Source of the DNA: Syntrophomonas sp. UBA5432
Lineage (GTDB): Bacteria; Bacillota; Syntrophomonadia; Syntrophomonadales; Syntrophomonadaceae
Direction of reading: 5' to 3'
DNA length: 64,000 nucleotides
Assembly (NCBI GenBank): GCA_002424365.1
Contig: DIRQ01000032.1
Location: 80,245-144,244, forward strand
Below are positions 18,831-28,114 of the stretch, one piece after another; position 1 is the stretch's first letter; the number at the start of each line of letters is the position of its first letter. The notes under the pieces are model-generated. The model ran no database searches, was not told where the DNA came from, and was given only the letters and a program-made list of their open reading frames with translations. Made by a program: the position numbers and the translations under genes.

Positions 18831-20201
18831 ATGGGCAGGCCAACTGATCAGCACAATCTTATAATGCTGAAAATGTTGTGGTTTATTACTATCATTACCT
18901 GCTTGCTCGACCTGGTACAGGGTAAGCATTATACTTTGTTCCAGTATATAATTATGCTTACCATTCTGCTTCTGCCCACCTTATTGCTATTGGGAGATAT
19001 ATTCTTAATCCGGGGGAGCTATCTTCTGGTTACGGTTCTTATTCTATATTTCTCCCTGCGCCTTTTTTGGCAGCCTTCGCTTATTAATCTACTATTACTT
19101 TACTTGGTCATGTTTCTTACTGTTATTTACCGACAAACCGCTCTGATTCTGACGGCATCTATAGCTGCAATCGTGGTTAGTATTATTGTCTTCCAACTAC
19201 ATTCAGGTAGCCTGGTAGATGCGGTGGAACGGATGCATCCAGTATGGTTTATAATTCCTGGTTTAATTCTTATTATTCTAATGCTGGTGCTTAATCGTTT
19301 TATCCTGGTTTCACACCGATCTACTAAAAAGGAGCAGCAGCAGTGGCATAATATCCAAGCAGGGTTTGCCATACTAACCTGGTCTTACGAACTTAAGAGA
19401 GGACAGTTATTTATGTCCAAGGGCATAGAAGAGCTGACCGGGTTGCCGGCAGATTTTTTCATAAAACGACCGGAAAGAATGCAAAAACTAGTTCATCCCT
19501 ATGATTCGTTACGCCTATTTGAGGCTTACAAAGATTTGCTGGCAGGTAAAAAAAGGGTTCTCGAACATCGCTTGCTACTAACTGACGGCAGTATACGATG
19601 GGTTCAGCATCTGGCCCTACCCTTTCAGGATAAGGCTGGAAATATAACAAGGTTAGATGGCTTAATTATAGATATGAGTAAACAAAGAGTGAGAGAAGAA
19701 AAAATAAAACACATGGCTTTTTACGACCAATTAACGGGTTTACCTAACCGGATTATGTTTGAAAATTATTTTGCCCTTACTTTAGCCGGGCAGATACATC
19801 AAGAGCAGAAATTAGCGTTAATTTTTATTGACTTGGATCATTTTAAACAGGTAAATGATGAATTGGGGCATGATGTCGGTGATCTGCTTTTAAAAGAGGT
19901 GGGGATAAGAATTAAAGGGGTTATGCGGGAAAATGACCTGCTGGCACGTCTGGGAGGAGATGAATTTATTGCATTATTATCTTCTGTTTCACATGAAACA
20001 ATTACACTGGTGGCTGAGCGTATAGTTGATGCCTTCAGCCGTAATTTTGCGGTTAAAGGGCATGAATTACGTGTAGGCGCAAGTATAGGTATTAGTATGT
20101 ATCCAAAAGACGGCAGGGATTTGGAGACCCTTATTAAAAGTGCGGATAAGGCCATGTATACAGCCAAAAAAAAGGGAAAGAACCAATATTATTTTGGTTA
20201 A
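18831..20201 (+). CDS. membrane-bound diguanylate cyclase (multi-TM N-terminus, PAS, GGDEF)
   Basis: 456 aa. GGDEF active site in RLGGDEFIAL with an RxxD I-site (REND) 5 residues upstream. The exact start is uncertain (ATG 18831 or 18864). Confidence 0.85.
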   Translation: MGRPTDQHNLIMLKMLWFITIITCLLDLVQGKHYTLFQYIIMLTILLLPTLLLLGDIFLIRGSYLLVTVLILYFSLRLFWQPSLINLLLLYLVMFLTVIYRQTALILTASIAAIVVSIIVFQLHSGSLVDAVERMHPVWFIIPGLILIILMLVLNRFILVSHRSTKKEQQQWHNIQAGFAILTWSYELKRGQLFMSKGIEELTGLPADFFIKRPERMQKLVHPYDSLRLFEAYKDLLAGKKRVLEHRLLLTDGSIRWVQHLALPFQDKAGNITRLDGLIIDMSKQRVREEKIKHMAFYDQLTGLPNRIMFENYFALTLAGQIHQEQKLALIFIDLDHFKQVNDELGHDVGDLLLKEVGIRIKGVMRENDLLARLGGDEFIALLSSVSHETITLVAERIVDAFSRNFAVKGHELRVGASIGISMYPKDGRDLETLIKSADKAMYTAKKKGKNQYYFG

Positions 20202-20280
20202 ATTGAAAGCTACGAAAGGCGGGGTATTGAAACTTCTATTTTATACTACTTAATTCGCGATCAGCATGAAATTTAAATTA

Positions 20281-20325
20281 AGGCAACAGGGAACCGAAGC
20301 TTATAAAACAGTTCTCCTGTTGCCT
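20281..20325. terminator. hairpin between the convergent cyclase gene and the Gln-rich ORF
   Basis: AGGCAACAGGGAAC ... GTTCTCCTGTTGCCT, a 14-15 bp stem with one mismatch. Confidence 0.5.
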
Positions 20326-20330
20326 GATCT

Positions 20331-20636
20331 TTATTGCAGACCCGGATAAGATTCAGAACCGTTAACCTGGCGCTGGAAATTTATTAACATCTGTTCCGTC
20401 TGCTGTAAATCCATCTGTTGCTGAGCTGATACACTAGGAGCAGCATACTGCCGGGCCTCTTGTATCTGCTGCATGGCTTCATCTAGTTTTTGCTGGGCAA
20501 ACTGGATCTCCTGGGGATTTAGGCTGGCCTCAGCCTGTTGTACTGCTCTACGAGCTTGCTGAGCTGATAGAATAGCCTGCTGTACTGACTGTTGGGCTTG
20601 CTCTAAATTCTTTTCCTGCCGGTTTGATGGTGCCAG
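20331..20636 (-). CDS. putative Gln-rich coiled-coil protein, no canonical start codon (candidate CTG start)
   Basis: 102-codon open frame on the minus strand (LAPSNRQEKNLEQAQQSVQQAILSAQQARRAVQQAE...SYPGLQ-stop). A perfect GGAGGTGA lies immediately after the upstream TOBE stop. The first in-frame ATG leaves only 45 codons, so the ORF track omits it. Confidence 0.4.
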   Translation of the reverse strand: MAPSNRQEKNLEQAQQSVQQAILSAQQARRAVQQAEASLNPQEIQFAQQKLDEAMQQIQEARQYAAPSVSAQQQMDLQQTEQMLINFQRQVNGSESYPGLQ

Positions 20637-20650
20637 AACTAATCACCTCC

Positions 20651-20938
20651 TTATCTAATATAGTTTTCCTCCATTACTGTTTCCATCCATCGAGGGGCCC
20701 AAGGTAAGGTTTCATCGGAGTCCTCATTCTTGGTATCTTTAATTATGGTAATCATGGTTGAATTAAACATGGCAAATACCTGGTCACCTTTTTGCAACTT
20801 CATATCGTTAACTGCAGCACTAGTTATGGTTGCAGTTACTGCCTGGTCGCCCACGTCCATTATGACTTCACTCATGATAGGCCCACTTTTAATCTCCATT
20901 ACACTTGCCACCAGTTTATTGGGGTCACTGATTCGCAA
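20651..20938 (-). CDS. TOBE-domain (Mop-like molybdate-binding) protein with C-terminal extension
   Basis: ORF 20651-20971. TTG at 20938 lies 8 nt after AAGGAGG and yields MRISDPNKLVASVMEIKSG...ITSAAVNDMKLQKGDQVFAMFNS, a typical TOBE start and fold pattern. Confidence 0.7.
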   Translation of the reverse strand: MRISDPNKLVASVMEIKSGPIMSEVIMDVGDQAVTATITSAAVNDMKLQKGDQVFAMFNSTMITIIKDTKNEDSDETLPWAPRWMETVMEENYIR

Positions 20939-21038
20939 AATAAATCCCTCCTTTTTATCTATAGCTTGCACCTTAGCCAGCTAAATATAAGTGGATGGAA
21001 AATATTTTTAGTCAATCTGTCAGGGACAGTCAGTGGAC

Positions 21039-21593
21039 TTATTGAAACAAGGCGGTAAGTATAAGGCTTAATTGCTGAGCAGTTTCTTCAAAGGTGAGGT
21101 TGTTTTCGAGAATAAAGGTAGGATTAAGTACGTTCTGAATGGCGGCAACAATTACCGTACTTAATATAAGGGGATCAATATTTTGCAGGCGAGTCGGATA
21201 GGGGGTCATAAGGTGGTTCAATACCTTACGTATTTGTTTAATACGAAAAGAATCTATTTTGTCCCAGAGCTGGGGGTAATAAAAGCGCAGGTCGCCCAAG
21301 GTAGATGGGTTAATTATAAACTGCCCTTGGGAGGAAAGATAATTAAGTAGGCTTTTGAAAAAAACGGAAGGGTGTTCACTTCGGGATAGCAAATCCTCTA
21401 CCCGAGCTGTTGCACCTAACATAAATTGATCCAGGGAGGCTTCGATTATACTCTCTTTGCTGTCAAAATAGCGGTAAACCGTTCTCTTACTTACCCCAGC
21501 CCGTTGAGCCAGTTCATCCATAGTAAAACCCCGTAATCCTTGCTTAACTGCCAGGTCGCGGCAAGCTTTTAATATACGATCCCTGATATCCAT
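21039..21593 (-). CDS. TetR/AcrR-family transcriptional regulator
   Basis: 184 aa. N-terminal HTH FTMDELAQRAGVSKRTVYRYFDSKE. Confidence 0.88.
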   Translation of the reverse strand: MDIRDRILKACRDLAVKQGLRGFTMDELAQRAGVSKRTVYRYFDSKESIIEASLDQFMLGATARVEDLLSRSEHPSVFFKSLLNYLSSQGQFIINPSTLGDLRFYYPQLWDKIDSFRIKQIRKVLNHLMTPYPTRLQNIDPLILSTVIVAAIQNVLNPTFILENNLTFEETAQQLSLILTALFQ

Positions 21594-21607
21594 TTTAATC
21601 CCTCCAA

Positions 21608-22717
21608 CTAACTTACCGTTTTGCGAAACTTCAGCACACTAATGCTAAGAACCACAACGGAAAACACCAGCAATGATATTACCTGTCCCAGCAAATAATT
21701 AAATCCAATCCCCTTGAGCACAATACCTCGAATTATATCCAGGTAATAAGTGAGGGGAATTAAATAGCTGATAAAATAGATAATTTTAGGCATAGCGGCT
21801 CGGGGAAATAGAAATCCCGATAACATAATACTGGGCAGCATCACGAAAAAGGACATCTGAAAAGCCTGCATCTGAGTTTGAGCCAGATTGGAAATCATTA
21901 AGCCCAGACCCAGGGAGGCAGTTATAAAGAACAGGGTAAGAAGATAAAGCTGCAACAGGCTACCTCGTATAGGAACCTGGAAGACCAGAACCGCCACCAG
22001 CAGAGCCACGGTTATCTGCAGGTAGCCCAGTACAATATAGGGTACTATTTTACCTATCATCAATTCCAGAGGTTTAACCGGGGTGACCATCAATTGTTCC
22101 AGGGTACCCTGCTCTCTTTCCCGTACTATGGCTACTGAAGTGATTATAACCATGGTCATAGTTACGATTATTCCCAGGATGGCCGGTACCATGTAGTAAG
22201 CGGTGATACCATCCGGGTTATACCAGGGTCGAACCCGTATGTCATAAGGAGGCGAAGTTAACTGGGTTTTCTGGAACAGTACCTGCTGAGATTTGAGCAG
22301 GCCTATGGAGTTAGCAATAGCAATAGCCTGGTTAGCCACCATGCTATCACTGGCATCGACAATTACTTGTACTGCTGCCGGGGCTCCTCGATGCAACTGG
22401 CGAGCAAAATCCGGTGGGAAAATAATCCCCACCTGAGCTTGACCACTATCAATGTAGCGGTTTACGTCTTCATAGCTATCAACACCATGGGTAATATCAA
22501 AATAGCCGGAAGCACTGAAGGCTTCTAGCATATCACGGCTGGAAGGGGATAAGGATTGGTCAAATACTACGGTAGGTATATGTTTTACCTCGGTTTGAAT
22601 AGCGTAACCAAAGAGCAGTAATTGCACCAGTGGGATCATGAAAATCAAGGCCAGAGTGAGGCGGTCCCTTTTCATCTGTAAAAATTCTTTTTTTATTACG
22701 GACAAAGTTCTGTTCAC
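21608..22717 (-). CDS. ABC-2 type transporter permease
   Basis: 369 aa. N-terminal TM, large extracytoplasmic loop, then 5 TM segments. YbhS/YbhR-like organisation. Confidence 0.85.
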   Translation of the reverse strand: MNRTLSVIKKEFLQMKRDRLTLALIFMIPLVQLLLFGYAIQTEVKHIPTVVFDQSLSPSSRDMLEAFSASGYFDITHGVDSYEDVNRYIDSGQAQVGIIFPPDFARQLHRGAPAAVQVIVDASDSMVANQAIAIANSIGLLKSQQVLFQKTQLTSPPYDIRVRPWYNPDGITAYYMVPAILGIIVTMTMVIITSVAIVREREQGTLEQLMVTPVKPLELMIGKIVPYIVLGYLQITVALLVAVLVFQVPIRGSLLQLYLLTLFFITASLGLGLMISNLAQTQMQAFQMSFFVMLPSIMLSGFLFPRAAMPKIIYFISYLIPLTYYLDIIRGIVLKGIGFNYLLGQVISLLVFSVVVLSISVLKFRKTVS

Positions 22718-23640
22718 TATAGCTCCCGCCTTTCCTCCTTATCCTGTTGACGCAGCAGGTTAATAAAAACATCTTCCAGATTGGGAGTTAGCCTGATTGG
22801 TTTAAAACCAGTAATATCTTCTAACCCTGCTATATCGTTGCTATCGTTAAGCAGCAGGTGCAGAGAAAGCCCATGGAAACTACATTCCTTTACAAAGGAA
22901 AGAGATTCTAGAGTCTTTATTTGCTTGAATGGTTCAGGTAGGTCCAGCTTTACTAAACAACCAGCCAGGCTTTTCTTGAGCTGGTCAGGACTATCCAGGG
23001 CCAGCAATCGACCTTGATCGAAAAAGGCAATTTTATCACAGCGCTCAGCCTCGTCCATAAAATGAGTGGAGACAATAACCGTTGCTCCCCCTGCGGCCAG
23101 TTCCTGAATAATGTTAAAAAACTGTCGCCTGGCGGTGGGGCTTACCCCACTGGTAGGCTCATCCAGAAAAACCAGAGCCGGACGAGCCATTATGGCACAA
23201 CCCAGGGCCAGGCGCTGTTTAATTCCCGGGCTTAAGGAGGCTACCAGAGCATTTTCCTCACCCTTTATACCTGCCAGTAAAATCATTTTCTCAATGCGCC
23301 TTTTCCTCTCCCGAACCGGGATACTATAGATACCGGCATAGAAGTCCAGGTTTTCTCTTACACTTAAGTCATTATAGAGGCTGAACTTCTGGGACATATA
23401 CCCAATTAAAGGCTTTATTTTTTCACTGTCCTGTTCCACATCAAAGCCCAGCACTTCTGCTTTGCCCGAGCTGGGTTTAAGAATCCCGCAGAGCATACGT
23501 ATGGCAGTTGATTTTCCTGCTCCATTGGGGCCTAAAAAACCACATACTTCTCCACTACTAATCTTAAGGTTGATCTTATCGACGGCAATAAAGCTACCAA
23601 ATTTTCGACTGAGATCAGAAGTATTTACGGTATAAGTCAT
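22717..23640 (-). CDS. ABC transporter ATP-binding protein
   Basis: Walker A GPNGAGKST, signature LSPGIKQR, Walker B FLDEPT. Start and stop overlap the neighbouring genes. Confidence 0.9.
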   Translation of the reverse strand: MTYTVNTSDLSRKFGSFIAVDKINLKISSGEVCGFLGPNGAGKSTAIRMLCGILKPSSGKAEVLGFDVEQDSEKIKPLIGYMSQKFSLYNDLSVRENLDFYAGIYSIPVRERKRRIEKMILLAGIKGEENALVASLSPGIKQRLALGCAIMARPALVFLDEPTSGVSPTARRQFFNIIQELAAGGATVIVSTHFMDEAERCDKIAFFDQGRLLALDSPDQLKKSLAGCLVKLDLPEPFKQIKTLESLSFVKECSFHGLSLHLLLNDSNDIAGLEDITGFKPIRLTPNLEDVFINLLRQQDKEERREL

Positions 23641-24566
23641 GCTTGACCTCCTTGCCTGGTAAACGCTAATTCGGTTAGATAAACAAAAAGGTCTTCCATG
23701 GAAGGTTCGACCTCTTCCAGCGAGAAGCTCTTGCCATCCTGTAGTCTAGCCAGTTGGGTTATCGAGCTTTTAGTAGATTCTATATTCTCTACAATAAGGC
23801 GGTGCTTATAACCGTAAAATGAACTGTAAAGTACTCCGGAAATGTTATCAAAAAGATAAGGGTCTTTAACTCCGGTTCTAACCTCTAACACTTGATGTAA
23901 AAGTCTTTCTTTTAAATGCGCGGGAGTATCTACAACCAGCAACTGCCCCTGGTTGATAAAAGCCAGTTGGTGGCAGAGCTCAGCTTCATCCATATAAGGA
24001 GTAGAGACTAGTACCGTCATACCTTCATGGTTAAGCTGGTAAAGGATCTTCCAGAATTCCTTACGGGAATCCGGGTCCACCCCATAAGTGGGCTCGTCCA
24101 GGATTAGAATTGCCGGGCGGGTAAGTAGGGCACAGCTTAAAGACAGCTTTTGTTTCATACCTCCGGAAAGCTGGTGAGCAAGCCTCTTCTTAAAAGGGCC
24201 AAGTCCGGTTATGTCCAGGATTTCATGGGCTCTTTCTATAATAAGGTTACGGCTTAGTCCGTACAAAGAACCAAAAAAATTAATATTCTCCATGACCGTA
24301 AGGTCACCATAGAGGCTAAAACGCTGGGGCATGTAGCCTAGTTCTCCGCTAGTTAATCTATGGGCTGCTCCTCCATCCAGTAACACCTTTCCACTATCAG
24401 CTATAAGAAGGCCACAGATTACCCGGAACAAGGTAGTCTTACCGGCACCGTCAGGGCCAATCAATCCGAATATGCTCTGCCGCTTAACCGAGAGGCTTAC
24501 CTTATCCAGAGCTGCCTTGTCGGCAAAATATTTTGTAATATCGATAACCTCAATCACCATAATCAA
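23637..24566 (-). CDS. ABC transporter ATP-binding protein
   Basis: Walker A GPDGAGKTT, signature LSGGMKQK, Walker B ILDEPT. Confidence 0.9.
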   Translation of the reverse strand: MIMVIEVIDITKYFADKAALDKVSLSVKRQSIFGLIGPDGAGKTTLFRVICGLLIADSGKVLLDGGAAHRLTSGELGYMPQRFSLYGDLTVMENINFFGSLYGLSRNLIIERAHEILDITGLGPFKKRLAHQLSGGMKQKLSLSCALLTRPAILILDEPTYGVDPDSRKEFWKILYQLNHEGMTVLVSTPYMDEAELCHQLAFINQGQLLVVDTPAHLKERLLHQVLEVRTGVKDPYLFDNISGVLYSSFYGYKHRLIVENIESTKSSITQLARLQDGKSFSLEEVEPSMEDLFVYLTELAFTRQGGQA

Positions 24567-25546
24567 CTCCCGGTAAAGATAACATCAGCAGGCATACCCG
24601 GTTTAAGTATACCGTTCTGGTTTTTTACTGTGACTTTAACCGCGAAAACAACGTTAGCCCGTTCTTTTTTGGTTTGGATAGTTTTAGGGGTAAATTCCCC
24701 CCGGGAGGCAATATAGGTGACTTTACCGGCAAAAACCTGAGGGCTGCCGCTTACCCTAACCTTCACGGTTTGGTTAAGCTTAACCCGGGGCAGGTCATCG
24801 GTAGGAATATAAACCTTAATCCAGAGATGGTTCAAGTCAACTACACTGAGTAGTGAGGCTCCGGCAGGGACATATTCGCCGTTCTCATAGTTTTTACTGC
24901 TGATAGTACCATTAAGGGGAGAGAATATCTTAAGATCGGCCACCATAGCTTCGGTAGTTTTCAAAATGGCCTTGCTGCGCTCCAACTCCGCTGCTGCGCC
25001 GGAAACCATCTCAGGACGATTACCTGATTCCAGTAGCTGCAGGCGGGATTGGGCAACCTCTACCTGCTTTTCCCGGGTGGTCTTGTTTAATTGTGAAGCA
25101 TCCAGCTTTTCCTGGGAAAGGGCTCCGGCATTAAATAATTGTTCTGCCCGCTTCAGGTCAACCAGCGCCTGTTCCAAATTGGCCTGAGCCAGACCGAGAT
25201 TAGAAGTGGCTTCCTTAATTTCTTCGGCTCTAAATCCTGATACCAGGTCGTTATAGCGGGCCTGGGCTACCTGTACCCCGAGGGCGTCTCTTTCCCGCTG
25301 GGTTACCAGGTCACTGCGGGACAATTCCGCCAGCAACTGGCCTTTTTCTATCTTCATGCCCTCATTTACCGACAGGTTTTGCAAAGTTCCATTTAAACGG
25401 GCACATATTTCCACCGTTGTAGCCTCAATAGTGCCGCTGGCCTGCAGTAGTTTATCATTATCCTGATAATAATGGAGGTAATAATATGATGCTGTTCCCA
25501 GCAGTACAAGCGCCATAACGATACCGATTGCCTTTTTTCGATTCAT
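24563..25546 (-). CDS. HlyD-family periplasmic adaptor (efflux membrane fusion protein)
   Basis: ATG at 25546 follows GAAGGAG. N-terminal anchor, coiled-coil hairpin, beta-barrel C-terminus. Confidence 0.85.
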   Translation of the reverse strand: MNRKKAIGIVMALVLLGTASYYYLHYYQDNDKLLQASGTIEATTVEICARLNGTLQNLSVNEGMKIEKGQLLAELSRSDLVTQRERDALGVQVAQARYNDLVSGFRAEEIKEATSNLGLAQANLEQALVDLKRAEQLFNAGALSQEKLDASQLNKTTREKQVEVAQSRLQLLESGNRPEMVSGAAAELERSKAILKTTEAMVADLKIFSPLNGTISSKNYENGEYVPAGASLLSVVDLNHLWIKVYIPTDDLPRVKLNQTVKVRVSGSPQVFAGKVTYIASRGEFTPKTIQTKKERANVVFAVKVTVKNQNGILKPGMPADVIFTGS

Positions 25547-25739
25547 ACCCAAGCACTCCTTCATAACCCCTGTAAGTAAACTAATAATACTAATATAGTT
25601 TACCTAGTGTCAATTTCATGATAGCACAGGTATTTATTATTGCCAATAACATTTTCTAAAAGAGCACAGACTGTTATCCGGTTTGCGCATTTATTTGAGG
25701 GTTGTACATAATTCATTTAAAATTAAGTTATTTTAGGAG

Positions 25740-25801
25740 TGTCATCCTGAGGCAAAGCCGAAGGATCTTAAAGATTCTTCGCTGACGCTTAATAATGACA
25801 T
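25740..25801. repeat. imperfect palindromic element TGTCATCCTGAGG...GAAGGATCTT / AAGATTCTTCGC...AATGACA
   Basis: About 30-nt arms read directly. The rc of the right arm, TGTCATTATTAAGCGTCAGCGAAGAATCTT, aligns with the left arm, TGTCATCCTGAGGCAAAGCCGAAGGATCTT. Confidence 0.6.
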
Positions 25802-25900
25802 TTTAGATTTTTTCATTATGCAAAACCCTCATTTTCATAATTTGATTGCCGGAAGTTCGCTATAATAGTAAATGTGAAACATCGGGGAGGAGAGGCAGTA

Positions 25901-26677
25901 ATGCAGGTACATATATTGGCCAGTGGCAGTACTGGCAATGTGGCTTTGTTTAAATTTGGTAATACCCGGATTCTGGTTGATGTGGGTATTAGTACTCGTA
26001 GGATAGAGAATAAACTGGCCCTGTTGGGAGTAAAAGCAGGGGATCTGGATGGGGTTATAATTACGCATGAGCATACTGATCATATTAAGGGACTGGATGT
26101 ATTTATCCGCCGCTATCGTTTACCGGTATTTGCCCGGGGTGCTACCTGGGAGGCTATACCCTGCCGGGGTAAATTGCCAGCGGAATGCTGTAATATCATA
26201 GATAAAGAATTTTGTATCGGGAAAGTCGGGGTAGAGGCTTTTAGTATTCCTCACGATGCGGCTGATCCGGTAGGTTTTGCTTTTCATTACCGGCAAAAGA
26301 AATGGGTTATGGCTACTGATATAGGTATGATAACGGAGAATATTTTAAAGGCCCTGACTGGTGCCGACCTGGCTGTTTTGGAATCTAACCATGACCGGGA
26401 AATGTTAATAAACGGACCGTATCCCCGTTTTCTTAAACAGCGCATTATGGGCAGGTATGGGCATCTCTCCAATCATGATGCAGCCAGCATATTGGAGCGC
26501 ATTGCTCCCCAACAGCAGATGCAGGTTTTTCTAGCCCATCTTAGCCAACAAAATAATAATCCTAACCTGGCTTATAACACCGTAAGCCAATTTTTAGCTC
26601 ATAAAGGCTGCAATCCCGGTGAGGACATTAAGCTGCATCTTACCTACCCGGATGCTATTACCAGTTATCGGGGATAA
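25901..26677 (+). CDS. MBL-fold metallo-hydrolase, YycJ/WalJ-like
   Basis: ATG at 25901 follows GGGGAGGAG. MQVHILASGSTGN...ITHEHTDHIKGL. Confidence 0.85.
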   Translation: MQVHILASGSTGNVALFKFGNTRILVDVGISTRRIENKLALLGVKAGDLDGVIITHEHTDHIKGLDVFIRRYRLPVFARGATWEAIPCRGKLPAECCNIIDKEFCIGKVGVEAFSIPHDAADPVGFAFHYRQKKWVMATDIGMITENILKALTGADLAVLESNHDREMLINGPYPRFLKQRIMGRYGHLSNHDAASILERIAPQQQMQVFLAHLSQQNNNPNLAYNTVSQFLAHKGCNPGEDIKLHLTYPDAITSYRG

Positions 26678-26682
26678 TTCGG

Positions 26683-26765
26683 GAATAGTTGGTAATAACG
26701 AAGCTGTCTTGTAATAAATTTGAATGGAGAACTTGCCAATTGTCTAGAGTGAGGGGTGAGGAGAC
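26683..26765 (+). repeat. intergenic repeat module 1 (forward)
   Basis: GAATAGTTGGTAATAACGAAGCTGTCTTGTAATAAATTTGAATGGAGAACTTGCCAATTGTCTAGAGTGAGGGGTGAGGAGAC. Confidence 0.8.
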
Positions 26766-26775
26766 TTCTTACTAT

Positions 26776-26852
26776 ACCAACCTTATAAATTTAGTTTCAC
26801 TCATGGTTGCGTGTACCCTTTAGGGTATTGGCCTTGTAGTCATGGTGGGTTC
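26776..26852 (+). repeat. intergenic repeat module 2 (forward)
   Basis: ACCAACCTTATAAATTTAGTTTCACTCATGGTTGCGTGTACCCTTTAGGGTATTGGCC... CCAACC can pair with GGTTG. Confidence 0.65.
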
Positions 26853-26951
26853 ATTTCTGTTATTACATTGCTCGCTGTTGGTTAACATACTATAATAGTT
26901 AAAAAACAGCCGCATCTGTATAAAGATGTTGGTGGTAAAGAGGTGAAACTA

Positions 26952-27548
26952 ATGGCGCATGAATTACCCTCATTAGCTTACCCCTATGATGCTCTGGAAC
27001 CCTATTATGACGAAGAAACCTTGCGACTCCATCATGGCAAACATCACCAATCCTACGTAGATGGGCTGAATAAGGCTGAAACTCAGTTAAAGGAAGCCCG
27101 CAGCCGCAGTGACTATGGTCTGGTTAAACACTGGCTTAAAGAAATAGCCTTTCATGGATCAGGTCATATACTGCACACTCTGTTCTTTGAAAATTTGGCC
27201 CCAGCGGGCCAATGCTCCCCTGGTCAGAAAACCATTAACCAGGTAGAACGGGATTTTGGCAGCTTTGATGAGTTTAAAAAGATGTTTACTGCAGCTGCTG
27301 CTGCGGTAGAAGGGTCAGGCTGGGCACTACTATGCTATAATCCCTCTTTTAAGAAATTAGAAATCCTCCAGGCAGAAAAGCATCAGAATCTTACTCAATG
27401 GGGAGTAATCCCCTTGCTGGTAATTGATGTTTGGGAACATGCCTATTATCTGAAATATCAGAACCGCCGTCCCGAATACATTGCAGCCTGGTGGAATATT
27501 GTTAACTGGGATAAAGTCGAAGAAAGATTAGTAAAGGCCAGCAGCTAA
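26952..27548 (+). CDS. sodA: Fe/Mn superoxide dismutase
   Basis: LPYPYDALEP, HHGKHH and DVWEHAYYL motifs. ATG at 26952 follows AAGAGGTG. Confidence 0.92.
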   Translation: MAHELPSLAYPYDALEPYYDEETLRLHHGKHHQSYVDGLNKAETQLKEARSRSDYGLVKHWLKEIAFHGSGHILHTLFFENLAPAGQCSPGQKTINQVERDFGSFDEFKKMFTAAAAAVEGSGWALLCYNPSFKKLEILQAEKHQNLTQWGVIPLLVIDVWEHAYYLKYQNRRPEYIAAWWNIVNWDKVEERLVKASS

Positions 27549-27570
27549 AGCTGCCGGCCTTTTACTTTTC
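27534..27570 (+). terminator. rho-independent terminator of sodA (stop codon in the loop)
   Basis: AAGGCCAGCAGC-TAAA-GCTGCCGGCCTT followed by a T-rich tail. Confidence 0.7.
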
Positions 27571-27590
27571 AACAAGTATATTTTTTCGAG

Positions 27591-28076
27591 CTAATCATCA
27601 TAGACCTTGAAGTAGGCCTTTTCTTCTTGCCAGCCATGGGATTCCAGGAAATGGGTCGGTGGTTTAAGGACGGTCGCTTTACACTCTGCAGTAACAGTTC
27701 CATCAGCCAGGCGCAATTCCCCTGCTACCCGGGCCCGTTTAGTGCCACCTTTTTCTATCCAGCCTACGGCTATAAGGGGCTGGTCGGTGGGAGTAGGGCG
27801 GCGATATTTTAATTCCAGATGGGTAGTAAGCATTAGCGCATCGTTATCTCCGTTTATTAACAGAGCTCTACCTGAAGTTTCATCCAGGATGGCAGCAATT
27901 ATACCCCCGTGAACTACTCCGGGATATCCGTTGAAATGGGATGGTACCATCAGCTCCGACCATACTATTTGCTTTTCCATATCATTATACCAGCTCATTT
28001 TTAAGCTAACCTCATTCTCCCGTCCGCATACAAAGCAGCTACGGGAGTTGGGCTGCTTGCTGCTTTTATTAAACAT
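27591..28076 (-). CDS. PaaI/hotdog-fold thioesterase
   Basis: 161 aa. CFVCG near the N-terminus. GVVHGGIIAAILDE core motif. Confidence 0.78.
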   Translation of the reverse strand: MFNKSSKQPNSRSCFVCGRENEVSLKMSWYNDMEKQIVWSELMVPSHFNGYPGVVHGGIIAAILDETSGRALLINGDNDALMLTTHLELKYRRPTPTDQPLIAVGWIEKGGTKRARVAGELRLADGTVTAECKATVLKPPTHFLESHGWQEEKAYFKVYDD

Positions 28077-28114
28077 ATTGCCCTCCCTCTTAAAACTATG
28101 CCAAAGACTTTCTT

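Noticed and set aside
18648-18929. 93-aa ORF on the minus strand upstream of the diguanylate cyclase gene.
   Set aside because: It runs through repeat module 2 and the cyclase 5' end. Its C-terminal part (MKIEVGFKDLGARR) is simply the antisense of the repeat, and the corresponding peptides at other repeat copies are unrelated.
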